A stretch of 59,866 bases of DNA, filler included, from Circinaria calcarea (Eukaryota), in the NCBI GenBank assembly GCA_051942165.1. It is 5 parts of 5 records of this genome, joined end to end, with 100 filler letters (N's around TTAATTAATTAA, not from the genome) between each part and the next. Parts side by side here need not be neighbours in the genome. Positions count along the whole stretch, not along the records: positions 24,011 to 35,911 come from JAVECS010000629.1; positions 36,012 to 47,902 come from JAVECS010000630.1; 3 more parts are not named here. One strand, written 5' to 3'. Shown one piece after another: positions 25,575 to 36,237 of this stretch. Made by a program: the position numbers and the translations under genes. The stretch's first letter is position 1, and the number at the start of each line of letters is the position of its first letter. The notes beneath the pieces are model-generated. The model saw nothing but the letters and a program-made list of their open reading frames with translations, made no database searches and was not told the origin of the DNA.

Positions 25575-27719
25575 CCAGATAACCCTAAGCTATGCCGCAT
25601 CCGGTTAAATGCCGCAGTATTCCTTCCCCCCCAATTTTCAACAATTAATTATTACAGGATAACAAGAGCAATTGGCGCTGTAAAAATTAGATGTATTATA
25701 AATTAAATGAAAACGAATAAGGATTGATCATTAATGAATTAATAATTTAAATACTTAGGCCATGAACAAGCCTTCCATGTGATGTAATTCTAACCTCCTT
25801 TTCAACCTCCTCCTCTACTATAGCAGCCATTGACCTTTGGACCTTCTGCTTTCCAGTCTTCCTAACATCAGAAGGTTCCTTACTAACCCTCCGTAGCGCC
25901 AATTGCTCCTCTTTCTCCTGTTTAGCAGTTTCTTTTAGCTCTTTCTGAGCCTGCTTTTCTGCGGCCTTCGTAGCCTTTATTTCCTCCGCAATTCGTCGTC
26001 TCTCAGCCAGGGCTATTACCTTCTTTTCTTTGTCCTCCTCTTTCTGTTTCTTCTTAGCAATTGCCTGAGCCTTCCTGTCCTTAATTGCCTGCCTTTTAGT
26101 TAATTTATTTTCTTCTTTAACCGCCTGATGCTCTTTAGCAGCCTGCACCCTTGATGGACTAAAAAATTGAGGTCCAGAATCTTCCTCATTAAGTAGATTA
26201 AGGCGTTTGCCTCTATTCCGACGCTTCTTCTCTTGCTAAAATGCGTTAAGTAGCCCTTTGATGACATGTTGACTGATAGAACGTTCTGCAGCGAGGCGTT
26301 CGTTTGCGCGAAGGATTTTCGATATTAACGTATCTTTTGGCTTGAATCTGTATGCGCGGTGTAAGCGACGAATAGCACGATAGTTGATTGGCGTTTTTAA
26401 TGGTGTAGAAGTCTCAATTGGCTGTTTTTTGGTGATTTTGTTGAGAATAAGGCTCGGATTATATAGAAATACGCCGGTTTTCTCGAATCCAGAAGCAATG
26501 TTCTTTTGACAAAATGCGCGCTGCCAGGCAGGCCAAAAAATACTCTAAAATGTATATTTAGACATGCTTACCATATCTAAATTATTAGACAATAACTGAT
26601 TCAAACCTTATATATAATAGTTCGCTAGCGGAGCAAAAAGAGAAATATCAAGAGGTTGTAAACGATGTGTAGTATGCGGCGGTAAAATAAGCAACAGAAT
26701 ACGCAATGAATCGCATGTATCGATGAATTTTATATTGATATAACTGGAATGACCGTCTACTAATAATAGACGTCTTCTATTATTTGCTTTTGCCGCCGTA
26801 CAGCGCTGGAATACCGTTTCTAGCCACTTTAGGCCAATTTCATCAGAACTCCAGCCTTTGGATGATACGGCGAAATAAGCCTCTTGATTCGGTATCCAAT
26901 CCTCCATTTAAGTATCCTGAAGTGTGCCGGAATCGCCCTGATATATAAGAGCTGGTGGTAATGCGATTCCGGTAGCGCTGATATTAGCTAGTAGGGTAAT
27001 AGACTCCCTACTGCTATCTTGGCTTGCATGTGTGATCCGGCCAGAAAGGAGAGCTTCTAGCGTTATAATACGCTGTGTGGCACTTGCTATACTAATTAAG
27101 AAGCCTTTCTCATCCTAATTGTACGTGTTATCGGCGGTAATGTGGTATTTTTCGTAGGCGTTGAGTAACTAAAAAAAGATTAGTATAATGATTACTATAA
27201 AGCCAATTGAGGCTTACCAAGTCGTAGAACTGCTTGAATATAGGCGTATATTCGGATTGTATACGCAGTTTATCGATATTGCGCAGGTATAAGCTTATAA
27301 GCCTCTCTTTATGCCTCCGTACAAAACCCCCTGTCCAATTCTTTCCGACAGGGCCTTTCAGCACTTCCTCCGCAAGATTACGCACAATCCTGCTAGTTGG
27401 AGGTATTCCTCGGTCGGTTAGGCGATTGATTTGGCCTATCAATGCTTCTTCTTGACTGTTGGTAAGTCGTTGAATGTATTCCGAGGCGGCGTCTTGGCGA
27501 GACATGGTTTGGCGCTTCCAGCGTCTTCTTAGGGTGCTTTCGACCAGGTCGTATTTTCTGGCGGTGGCTCGTATATTTGGGCGCAATTGGGCGTCTAGAT
27601 CTGCAAGAGCTGAATCAATTGGAGCCATATTGGTGGAGTAATGATTTTTTGAAATGGTGGTTGGAATGCGGGGAAAATGCGGCATCGGGCCGGGTGCGGC
27701 ATCGCTTAGGGATATCTGG
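25575..27719 (-). mobile_element. Fot1/pogo-like (Tc1/mariner superfamily) DNA transposon, full length, inactivated
   Basis: Imperfect ~45-50-bp TIRs (CCAGATAACCCTAAGCTATGCCGCA... and ...TGCGGCATCGCTTAGGGATATCTGG) flanked by TA at 25573-25574 and 27720-27721. Encloses a transposase relic. Confidence 0.92.
25747..27628 (-). pseudogene. pogo/Fot1 DDE transposase pseudogene
   Basis: HTH N-terminus (IRATARKYDLVESTLRRR; QEEALI), N*DEKGF, LLLVDGHSS and LPPHTTHRLQPLD. In-frame stops at 27115-27117, 26908-26910, 26608-26610 and 26545-26547, consistent with TGG>TAG/TAA and CAA>TAA transitions. Confidence 0.9.
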
Positions 27720-27836
27720 TATTTCCTCCTCGTCTCTCTGCGCTTTGCTTCGGACTATAATTACTACGCAGCATCAGTACTTTAAGCATTCAAAAAAGAA
27801 AGAAGGGGGAAAAAAAATATGCAATCTATTCACGGA

Positions 27837-27928
27837 GCGCGTTGTTTAAGCCGGTGAGCCGGCGTGTTATTTGGGCTGACGTGTTACTTAAGCCGACACG
27901 TTATTTAAGCGGCGCGTTGCTTAAGCTG
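27837..27928. repeat. Array of five degenerate 16-17-bp repeats (consensus RCRYGTTRYTTAAGCYG)
   Basis: Units GCGCGTTGTTTAAGCCG, GCGTGTTATTTGGGCTG, ACGTGTTACTTAAGCCG, ACACGTTATTTAAGCG and GCGCGTTGCTTAAGCTG. Confidence 0.8.
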
Positions 27929-28189
27929 GAGCCCACTGGTTCGCTTATTAACCATGATTTCATCATCTGTTACGGGATAAGAGCACGCCAATTTGGTGGT
28001 CGTCGTACCAAATAGCATCCCTAAGATTCGCCGCTCTTTGCACGCTCTTTTCTTGCCATTACTTAACGCTTCAGTCATTTCTAATGCGCAAAGCCATCTT
28101 GCAATTCTAGCTGCTCTGGCCTCAACATTACCGCTTCAATTGAAACCGACGGAGCTTCAACTGCGCTAACTGCGCAGGCTTCATCATGC

Positions 28190-29150
28190 CAACATCAACA
28201 TAATCCCATCACCTACGCCGAGAGATCACCTAATCACTGTAGGCCCGGCAAACTCGAACACTTTCATTACCCAGGTGTTCACGATGGCTTGCGGGATTGA
28301 AGATAGGCAGGCATAGAAAGGGGCCTTATCGTGAAGGGTCCTGACATCCTTAGAAACATGTGGGACAAGGCCGGTCGCACTGGACGTGTGGAGGTGATGA
28401 GAGAGGTATTGTATGACATGATCAGTGCTCTTCGGGCTCGTGAGAAACACGAGGCGCTAAAACCTAACCTCATACCGCACGGTATTACGCCGAGCTGTTT
28501 CTAAGACGAGCTGGGTTTCTCTGGATTGGCTGGCAGGTTTGAAGCCCTCAGAGAAGAGTTGGAAATAAGTAACGCTGGTGAATAACTATTTAGGTTGCGT
28601 AGGCCAGTCGCTCTTGCGCATTTCTACAACGACTATACCCATGCCCAGGCTGATCCCCACGCGTTTCTGTACCCAGGACAAAGCGAAGAGCTCTCGCTTG
28701 AGACTTTGAAACCGACTCGAAAGTGGAAGAGAACATCATGGTCCAATGTGGCGAAGAAGCGCCGCGTTAAATTTCAACATCGATACATAATCGTGTTGTC
28801 GACCTAATATTCCCCGGCCTGATCTTGAGCAATGAGAACATCGACATCCAAAAAAGCAAGACTGAGGAAGACAGGGCCGAGCAAGCAGAAAAGGTCGCGA
28901 AGAGACAGGCTGCCAGCCAAAAAGTTCAGAATTGGAGAGCAAATGGCAAGCTGTGGTCTGCGCTGATCAGACGCTTCGATTGGGGGATTCTGCTACTCCT
29001 GCCGACAGATCTCCTGGACCAGAAGTAAGGGAAACAGGAATCCTCTTGACAGAATTCCTTACAACCGAGAGTATTGATCTCATTGACAGCTACAGAGACT
29101 TTGAACAGCGAGCCCAAGCGCCAACGTCCAACTCACATTGCAGGATGACA
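28190..29150 (+). pseudogene. Degenerate hypothetical gene (stops and frameshifts)
   Basis: Protein-like fragments in successive frames (FITQVFTMACGI, FYNDYTHAQADP, KVQNWRANGKLWSALIRRFDWGILLLLP) interrupted by stops. Boundaries approximate. Confidence 0.4.
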
Positions 29151-31109
29151 TAAATCGGACTGAGTAAGAGCTAAGACGTGTTCGGACCAATGCCTTGCCA
29201 ACTAATACCACCATCATGATCGATGTTGGAACTAATGTCGGTACACCTTTGGACACATTCATGGAATAGCAACTATCAGGGCCCTGACGCGAGGTACACC
29301 GACGTGCATCGTGGCGGCCGGCCGTGCCACGGCTCCGATCAGCAGGTGACGGGCAATCTTAACTCTTTGGGAAGTGATGGTTGCAGGACGAGCAGGGCCG
29401 TGGACAAACCGACAAGGCCGCAGCTTATCCCTTGATATCTATATACTCACTAGGCTGTGCGTTAGATAGTTCTCTGAGTCACCGATGGGAGATTCATGGA
29501 TGGCGAGGGCTAAGAGAATACTATATCGTGTGTCTGTATGGATGCGATTGGTAGAAGAAGGGGTAGCAAATAGATTAGGTGGTATGTAAGTCGACACGAT
29601 GAAGACGGTTGAGCAATTGCACTCCATGGCTGAAATGACTCCGAAAGGGACAGAGCTTGTTGCTATTGCACTGATCCACTTAAAATCACGCCAGGCTTTC
29701 TGTTCGGACCGACTAAGCTTTGCTTTAAAACTGTTGAATAGCCTAAGCTATAGACAGATTCCAGGTGCTATCCTCCCTCACTGAATGTATAACTAGAGAG
29801 CGTGGATCATACGGTGTGAATAGCAAAAGAAGCCGACCTGCATCAAGTGACTGGGCCCTGAGAAACAAATTGGCGATTTCCGGAGCCACGGGGGTTTGCA
29901 GCAATGCCACCACGGATCTGCCTTGTGTTGAAGACACTTTTAGCCACTCTCTGGAATGGCGCCGGGAGTGGAAGTACAAGGGGGGTAGCACGAGTCATAA
30001 GGAATGGTTTGAGACTAGTAAAGAACGAGCGAGGCAAGCAATAGTGGATTGGGCAGATTTTGTGAAAACTGCCCAGCTATATGATTCCAAAGGCGAGTTG
30101 GAAGACCGGTGGAGAAAAGTCGTAGAGATTGTGAACGGAAAAGGGGAGGTACACTGCTAAAAAGCTGTTGGAGCAGTATGAGGCTTGTTTGGTCAAAGAG
30201 ATGGCAATACTAAAGGGGCCAGGAGATCAGGGTCATACCCAGAAGATTATCAAGGGTTGGATTTGGGGTATGGACCAATGGCAGATTGCCCGGAGGCCCC
30301 CAATAATTCGACGCTCAAGAGAGCCCCATTATCAGAGACTGGGCCTTTCTTCAAGGCGGTATTACCGTTGAGGATTCAGCAGAAATCATCACCCAAGGAC
30401 TAACCAGTACGTGGAGCAGTATTAGAAACGGAGAGAACAGTGGTCAAGAAGGAGCTATCCGATGGACAGTCCCCTTCGTCTCCTTTACTACTCCTTCAAT
30501 CCACAACCTTGCTCCAAGACTTCCTTCCTTCACAGGAGACGAAACCTTGTCTAAACCCTGGAACCGAAGAAATCAGTTCATGATCTATAATCACCAACAC
30601 TGATACGCAGCTTACCGCCCTTGATACCTCGTCCAGCAGCAAGATCAATTTGTTGATCTCACTCTCCACCACAACCTCACAATCAGTCATACCCATCAAC
30701 ATCATCACCGCGTCCTCGCCTCCCCACTCCACAGATCCTTCTTCTGAACCCCGTCCATTCCAATTGATTATATATACCTCCCGCAAATCTGAAGTTGATC
30801 TAGTATGCGATGCTCCGGCGCCAGTTGTGTCAGAGATCTCGGAGGCGCTGCTTTCTTTGAGCGTTGACGAGGAAAAGGAAGTAGTGGAGACGGTAAATCC
30901 AGTCACGCAGCGTCAGCAAGATGTGGTAGGGGACAGGGAAGCGTCGTCTAAGGGGGTTTCTTTAGGCGTGACGGGCCGATTCGTGAAAGCATAGCAAAGA
31001 AAATCCAAACGATAAGGGCATCAAATTGGTCTAAACTCGAAGAAACGCTTGTGGAGGATCAGATAACAAGAACTTTGGAGAAGACGGAATTGGCTGGTCA
31101 AACAACCCA

Positions 31110-32358
31110 TCTATACCGGTCTTTTCGGAGCCATGTACGGCATTACATTGGTGGTAGGCCATCTTCTAGGAGGAGCTTTTACGGACCACGTCAGCTGGAG
31201 GTGGTGCTTCTATATCAACTTGCCTATTGGGCCATTTACCATCGGTGTGATTGGCTTGTATTTCAAATCTCCAAATCGCAAGACCCAGTCCGACAAGACC
31301 TGGAGGCAGAAGCTGGAATCTATGGATCCCCATCGGAACAGCCGTCTTCATCCCAGCGATCGTCTGCTGTCTCCTTGCCCTGCAATGGGGCGGCACCAAG
31401 TACGCACGGTCAAGTGCACGGATTATCGCTCTGTTCGTTCTGTTTGGTGTCCTAGTCGCAGTCTTCACCGGCATTCAATTTTGGAAAGGAGATAACGCCA
31501 CCATTCCGCCTCGCATCATTAAGCAGAGGACAATGGCTGCATCGGCTTGGTTCGCAACCTGCATTGGTGCCGCTTTCTTCATTTTCATGTAAGGCTCCTC
31601 CCTGCCACGTTCAACATCTGTCGTGCTACCGTTTCAACCTCTCTACTAACATTCCCCGTTTTCTTTCCAGATTCTACCTCCCCATCTGGTTCCAAGCCAT
31701 CAAGTCCGTCTCCGCCACCACCTCCGGAATCATGTGTCTTCCCCTCGTCCTCGCTCTGGTCCTGATGTCCATTCTTGGTGGTGCCGGCGTAACAGCAGTC
31801 GGTTACTACACACCCTTTTTCATCGTGAGCACCATCCTCCAATCCATCGGCGCGGGGCTCTTGACCACTTTCACAGTCGACACCTCCTCGTCGAAATGGA
31901 TCGGCTACCAAATCCTCTACGGCTTCGGTGTTGGCCTCGCGATGCAACAACCTCTGATCGCGGTGTAGACTGTTCTTCCGCTCGCGGACCTGCCCGTCGG
32001 CACCGCGCTGATCATGTTCATGCAGACGTTCAGCAGCGTGCTGTTCGTCAGTGTTGCCCAGAATGTGTCTCAGAACCGCTTGCTGTCTGGCCTGCTGCAA
32101 GAGGCGAGAGGGTTTGATCGCTCTTCGATTCCGAGGACAGGTGCCACGACGCTGAGGACCACCGTCCCGGCCGAGTATTTGCCCGGTGTGCTGGTCGCGT
32201 ATATTCGCGCGTTGACCCAAACGTGGTATGTGAGTGTGGCGGTGGCTTGCTTGACTGGGATTGGGGCGGCGAGTCTGGAGTGGAAGAGTGTCAAAGGGGA
32301 AGAAGATCGAGATGGGCATGGCTGCTTGAGGGGCCCTGTTTTCCACTTCCGGTTTTGA
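31110..32358 (+). pseudogene. DHA2-type MFS drug/toxin efflux transporter pseudogene (5'-truncated)
   Basis: [46 protein letters not shown] and WIGYQILYGFGVG motifs. Frameshift near 31330 and premature TAG at 31966-31968 (IAV*TVLP). No recognisable 5' half. Confidence 0.85.
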
Positions 32359-32758
32359 GGACCATTTTGTTTGGTTCGGTATGGCATTGTTGAGACGACG
32401 GCTTGTTTGATCAAGTATATATAGATCCCTGATAGGTTGGACGGGGAGAGGCTTGCCAGATAGATACCCGGGTTGGTTCGAGGGCATGATTTCGAGCGCT
32501 GGGAGTTTGCGTTTGCATAGCCATCCATCACTGATTCCCTACTCGGTTTTGAGTGGTTAATCAAACAATTTGTTATAATTCCCAATTAAGTTCTCGGCTA
32601 CAAAGGTGATCTATGATTTCTTGGTAGAATGACTGTCCTGACCCAAAGCTACCTGTTGAGTTTTTATCTCTGGTACATTCTTTCCGGTGTGGTTTTGAAA
32701 GGCAAGCTCGTTCCCCAGTAGCTGCGCTCGGGACTGGGCATAAATTAAGTAATTTAAC

Positions 32759-32918
32759 TGTTGGAAGTCATAGGGTTTATTGAGGCATGTGTTGTATAGG
32801 AGGTCTATGTTCAATACTTCTATATGCACTATAAAAGCACTTTTTCGTAGTATAAGTAATTATATAGTTACATACTCGTACATAGCATGAACGCCACCAT
32901 ACATCTTGCTGCTCAACA
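32759..32918 (+). mobile_element. Short LTR copy 1 (probable solo LTR)
   Basis: Begins TGTTGG, ends CTCAACA and contains TATAAAAG. Alignable over its length with 33570-33721. Confidence 0.65.
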
Positions 32919-32942
32919 CAAGCTGTAGATACCTAAACAGTC

Positions 32943-33165
32943 TACTACGAAGACGAGCGCAAGTAGTTCGTTAACGCCACCACGAAGCGAGCCATTGAGC
33001 ATCACTTGGTCAGCACCTTCCCAAAGCTCTTACTACCCAAGATGGTCGTTCATCTCAGTAACGAGGACCTTGAATACCTTGCTGCCCAGCCAAAAGAGCT
33101 TGCGGCTCGCCGTTTGCACTTAGAGTGTCAAATGAAAGATGCTAGAAGTTGGACAGCAGGCTTCT
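32943..33165 (+). pseudogene. C-terminal (GED-like) fragment of a fungal dynamin/Mx-like GTPase
   Basis: Manual translation YYEDERK*FVNATTKRAIEHHLVSTFPKLLLPKMVVHLSNEDLEYLAAQPKELAARRLHLE matches the pattern YY..A.K.F.D......IERHL....P.....P..V.....E.L..LAAE......RR..LE of fungal dynamin-like C-termini. Confidence 0.6.
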
Positions 33166-33569
33166 GGAAGACTGTACATGGTTAGCTAGGATTGATACGT
33201 AATATGCATTCCTGTTGTTATCTTATTCACGGATGAAGTAGAGCAGTATAAAGACGCCTCATATGTCGTGTGAACCTAAAGTACCCTGTTCAAAAGATTA
33301 GATCCGAACCCTGCCGAGCTGTCTAAAACATCCTGAAGAAAGTGAGTTGCTGTTATTATCACAGGATGCTAATACATGTACCAAGGACAATCGATATCAG
33401 GTTCGTGATAGAAAATAACTGAGAAGTCGGCCAGTAAATAGACACGATTTATGCCCTCGAATTTCGATGAAAATGCCTCTTTAATATTATTGAAGATCTC
33501 CCAACTCAATTATTATAGAATAGAAACAGAACATCGTATATTGAAGAATTTTAAACATCACTTTTTATC

Positions 33570-33721
33570 TGTTGGAAGTCATAGGGCTTACCGAGCATAT
33601 GTTGTTAGGAGGTCCATGCTCAACACTCTTTACACTCTATAAAAGCACTTTTTCGTAGCATAGATAGTTCCTCAGTTATATACTCAGGTAGAAATGCCAC
33701 CATATATTCTGCTGCCCAATA
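33570..33721 (+). mobile_element. Short solo LTR copy 2 with 5-bp target-site duplication
   Basis: TGTTGG...CCCAATA (CA>TA at the end), internal TATAAAAG, flanked by TTATC at 33565-33569 and 33722-33726. Confidence 0.75.
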
Positions 33722-33759
33722 TTATCTCCTTCCTTTACTCACTGCTTCTCGTTATTTAT

Positions 33760-34400
33760 ATTTTTATATTATTAATCGCTTCTCATAACGCTACACCATC
33801 GATGACATTAAAGAGAATAGATAAAGACGCTTTTTTACAGTCAAATTTATTTTATTGAGAAACCACCATATTTTGGCAAGAAACCCTTATTTTAATATCT
33901 TAAAATCGATTCGAATTAACCGCGTCGATATCTTCTAAAAGAAATATATAACGACTCGGGAGTTTGGCAAATAAACCATTTGGATTATTATTAGTGACGT
34001 CAGAAAAACTAAGAATATAGATATTAAAACAAAAATATTCAGCGATAGATTAGTTCAAGGGTTAATTTCTAGTCCTAGGGGGTCCATATAGAAAGTAACC
34101 CTTTCGGTAGGGAATACCGCCGTTGGATTATTATTATTAGGCCGTTTAATCGAGAAATCCCTCAATATCTTTAAGCAACTCTCTTTTCCTGCTCTCTTGA
34201 AGAATAACTGTCGAGATAAGTCTTATATCCGACACTACGGACCTTGCCCAGGTACCATTTTGGTGCTCATAAAGAGAGGTTTTGCCCTGAATAAGCTTTG
34301 AGTACTCGATGCAGCACCCATTTAAAAAGTGTTTCAGAACGTGTGAAGATTTGCCATAGCAGGAAATAGAGGCCTCTTCTCGACCAGTTAAATCTTCAGC
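33760..34400 (-). pseudogene. BCS1-like AAA ATPase pseudogene, heavily transition-mutated
   Basis: Manual translation ISTVILQESRKRELLKDIEGFLD...GIPYRKGYFLYGPPRTRN (from GPPGTGK)...LFAKLPSRYIFLLEDIDA...SLSILFNVIDGVA, with many TAA stops in AT-rich DNA. Boundaries approximate. Confidence 0.75.
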
Positions 34401-35659
34401 TCGACATTAATGCCGGGATACAAGCAGATGGCTATTATATCGAATAAAGAAGCGTCCATTCCAGGGCATATAGTGGATAATCTTTGGCTTCGTATCTCCA
34501 TCATTAGAACGCCGATCCCGCGTCAATGTAAAGGTCATCTCGGTAGTAGCGAGGGAGGACCGAGCGTGTTGGGTTAAGTTCTGCAAAAAGATTCATGTCA
34601 TGAGCGTATTATATACCTCATCGCGATTTCGAACAACATGAGCAGTTAAAGCTGCTGATTGTTAGAAATTGAAATCTTGCTCGAAGAGGGGTACAAACTA
34701 AAGTAAGTCCCCAGTAATCTCAAGAAGTACTCGCTGATACGTTTGCAAACAAGAACGGGCAGCCCAAGAATACACAGCAGGGGAACATAGAGGTCCAAGT
34801 CGACCGTGAGATGTTCTTGAACAGTAGTAGATATACGTGTAAAGCCTGGGAACATTACGAAGTCCAGGATCGAAGCTTGAGCGTCCGAGATTTGTCGAAC
34901 TGGTAGTGAATCATTCTTAATGGACTCTGCCATCGTTGGAGAGTGCTGTAGAGGTGACTTATAGATAGCTCAGATAACTTGACAGATAAGATGTTGACAC
35001 AAGTGAGAAGATTCAGAAGTTGCTTGCAGTTTGGAGGAATGCAGCGGTTCGTGAATCCTCATAGTGCAACCGCATTAGACGCTCGATGAAAGAGGTCGAC
35101 TCCTTCGCCTTTTGGATACACTTGCAGCCCATGGTTGCACCATGATATGTAAACGCCTTGATAATCAAGATGGTTTCTTCGTATATCTGGATCCGTCGGT
35201 GCGGGTGCCTGTCCTGAAATCACAAGCATTTGTTGGTTCCTTAATTTCAACAGAAGACATCCTAGTAGTAAGGGTAGCAATGAGTAATGGTACGAATATA
35301 ACGAGTGCGCCTACTTTCCGAAATGTTCGTATCTTGTGTTTTGAAGTCAGAATGGAGTGAGTCTTCGATTTAATAGCTTGCGTGGGATGGCAGAAATCAT
35401 GAATAAGTTACTATTGGTGCCCGCACTACGTTGTGGAAGCCGCAGCACCCACAGCTCAATGGTTGGCTCGGAATCAAAATCAAAATCCTTTATTCGATTC
35501 AATTTGGAATGCATGGTTCATGAGTCACGCAGGGAATGTGATTCCTCCATTCGGAACAGCCTGCAGCTCAACTTTTAATATATTCGTCACATGAGCCTAA
35601 TGCTGCTGCTACCTTTGGCTCATTCCCAAGAGCACTGTGAGGCGATCGGCGATCGGTGA

Positions 35660-35911
35660 TCAGCGTATGTGTTGGGCTTGATAGACAATGAAGGCAAATC
35701 TCTGGTGAGATCCGCCACTGCACGATGCCCGTCGGGTGGAGTAGAGATGCTTCCGCGTCCGGTTCGACCATATCTCTTGGAGAACTTGCACCTGCTTCGA
35801 GATCTCTGAACGCTCAAAGTCCACCAACACCACATTTCTGATCTCGGGATTCCATAGCACATTCGGTGGCCGTACATCACGATGCTCCACTCCGCAATTC
35901 AACAGCTTTGT
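35660..35911 (-). CDS. C-terminal end of a protein-kinase-like domain (Spok-like), 5' part beyond the contig edge
   Basis: Open frame from the contig edge: TKLLNCGVEHRDVRPPNVLWNPEIRNVVLVDFERSE (HxD..N catalytic loop and DFE motif). Confidence 0.6.
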   Translation of the reverse strand, partial: TKLLNCGVEHRDVRPPNVLWNPEIRNVVLVDFERSEISKQVQVLQEIWSNRTRKHLYSTRRASCSGGSHQRFAFIVYQAQHIR

Positions 35912-36011
35912 NNNNNNNNNNNNNNNNNNNNNNNNNNNNNNNNNNNNNNNNNNNNTTAATTAATTAANNNNNNNNNNNNNNNNNNNNNNNNNNNNNNNNN
36001 NNNNNNNNNNN
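35912..36011. other. Artificial contig linker
   Basis: N44-TTAATTAATTAA-N44. Confidence 0.98.
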
Positions 36012-36237
36012 CAGGTGAAACCCTGTAGTAGTAAATTTACATTGTACCAAACAGGGGCACAGCACAGCGATCGCCCCCTCGGATTTCCCACCCCCTTTTT
36101 GGCATCCAAAGCAAAACGAACCTCTCCAGCAAAAGGCCCCCGATACAATGGCGCTAAATGGCATACGACGAGAACCCACGATGTGATTGGATCAATTTCA
36201 AAAACCGGCAAGAGAGATAATCAACTCCCCCCCCCCG

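Noticed and set aside
27837..27928. Repeat array as a possible CRISPR
   Set aside because: Eukaryotic context, degenerate adjacent units, no unique spacers and no cas genes.
31585..32585. 300-aa and 171-aa minus-strand ORFs
   Set aside because: Antisense shadows of the MFS pseudogene.
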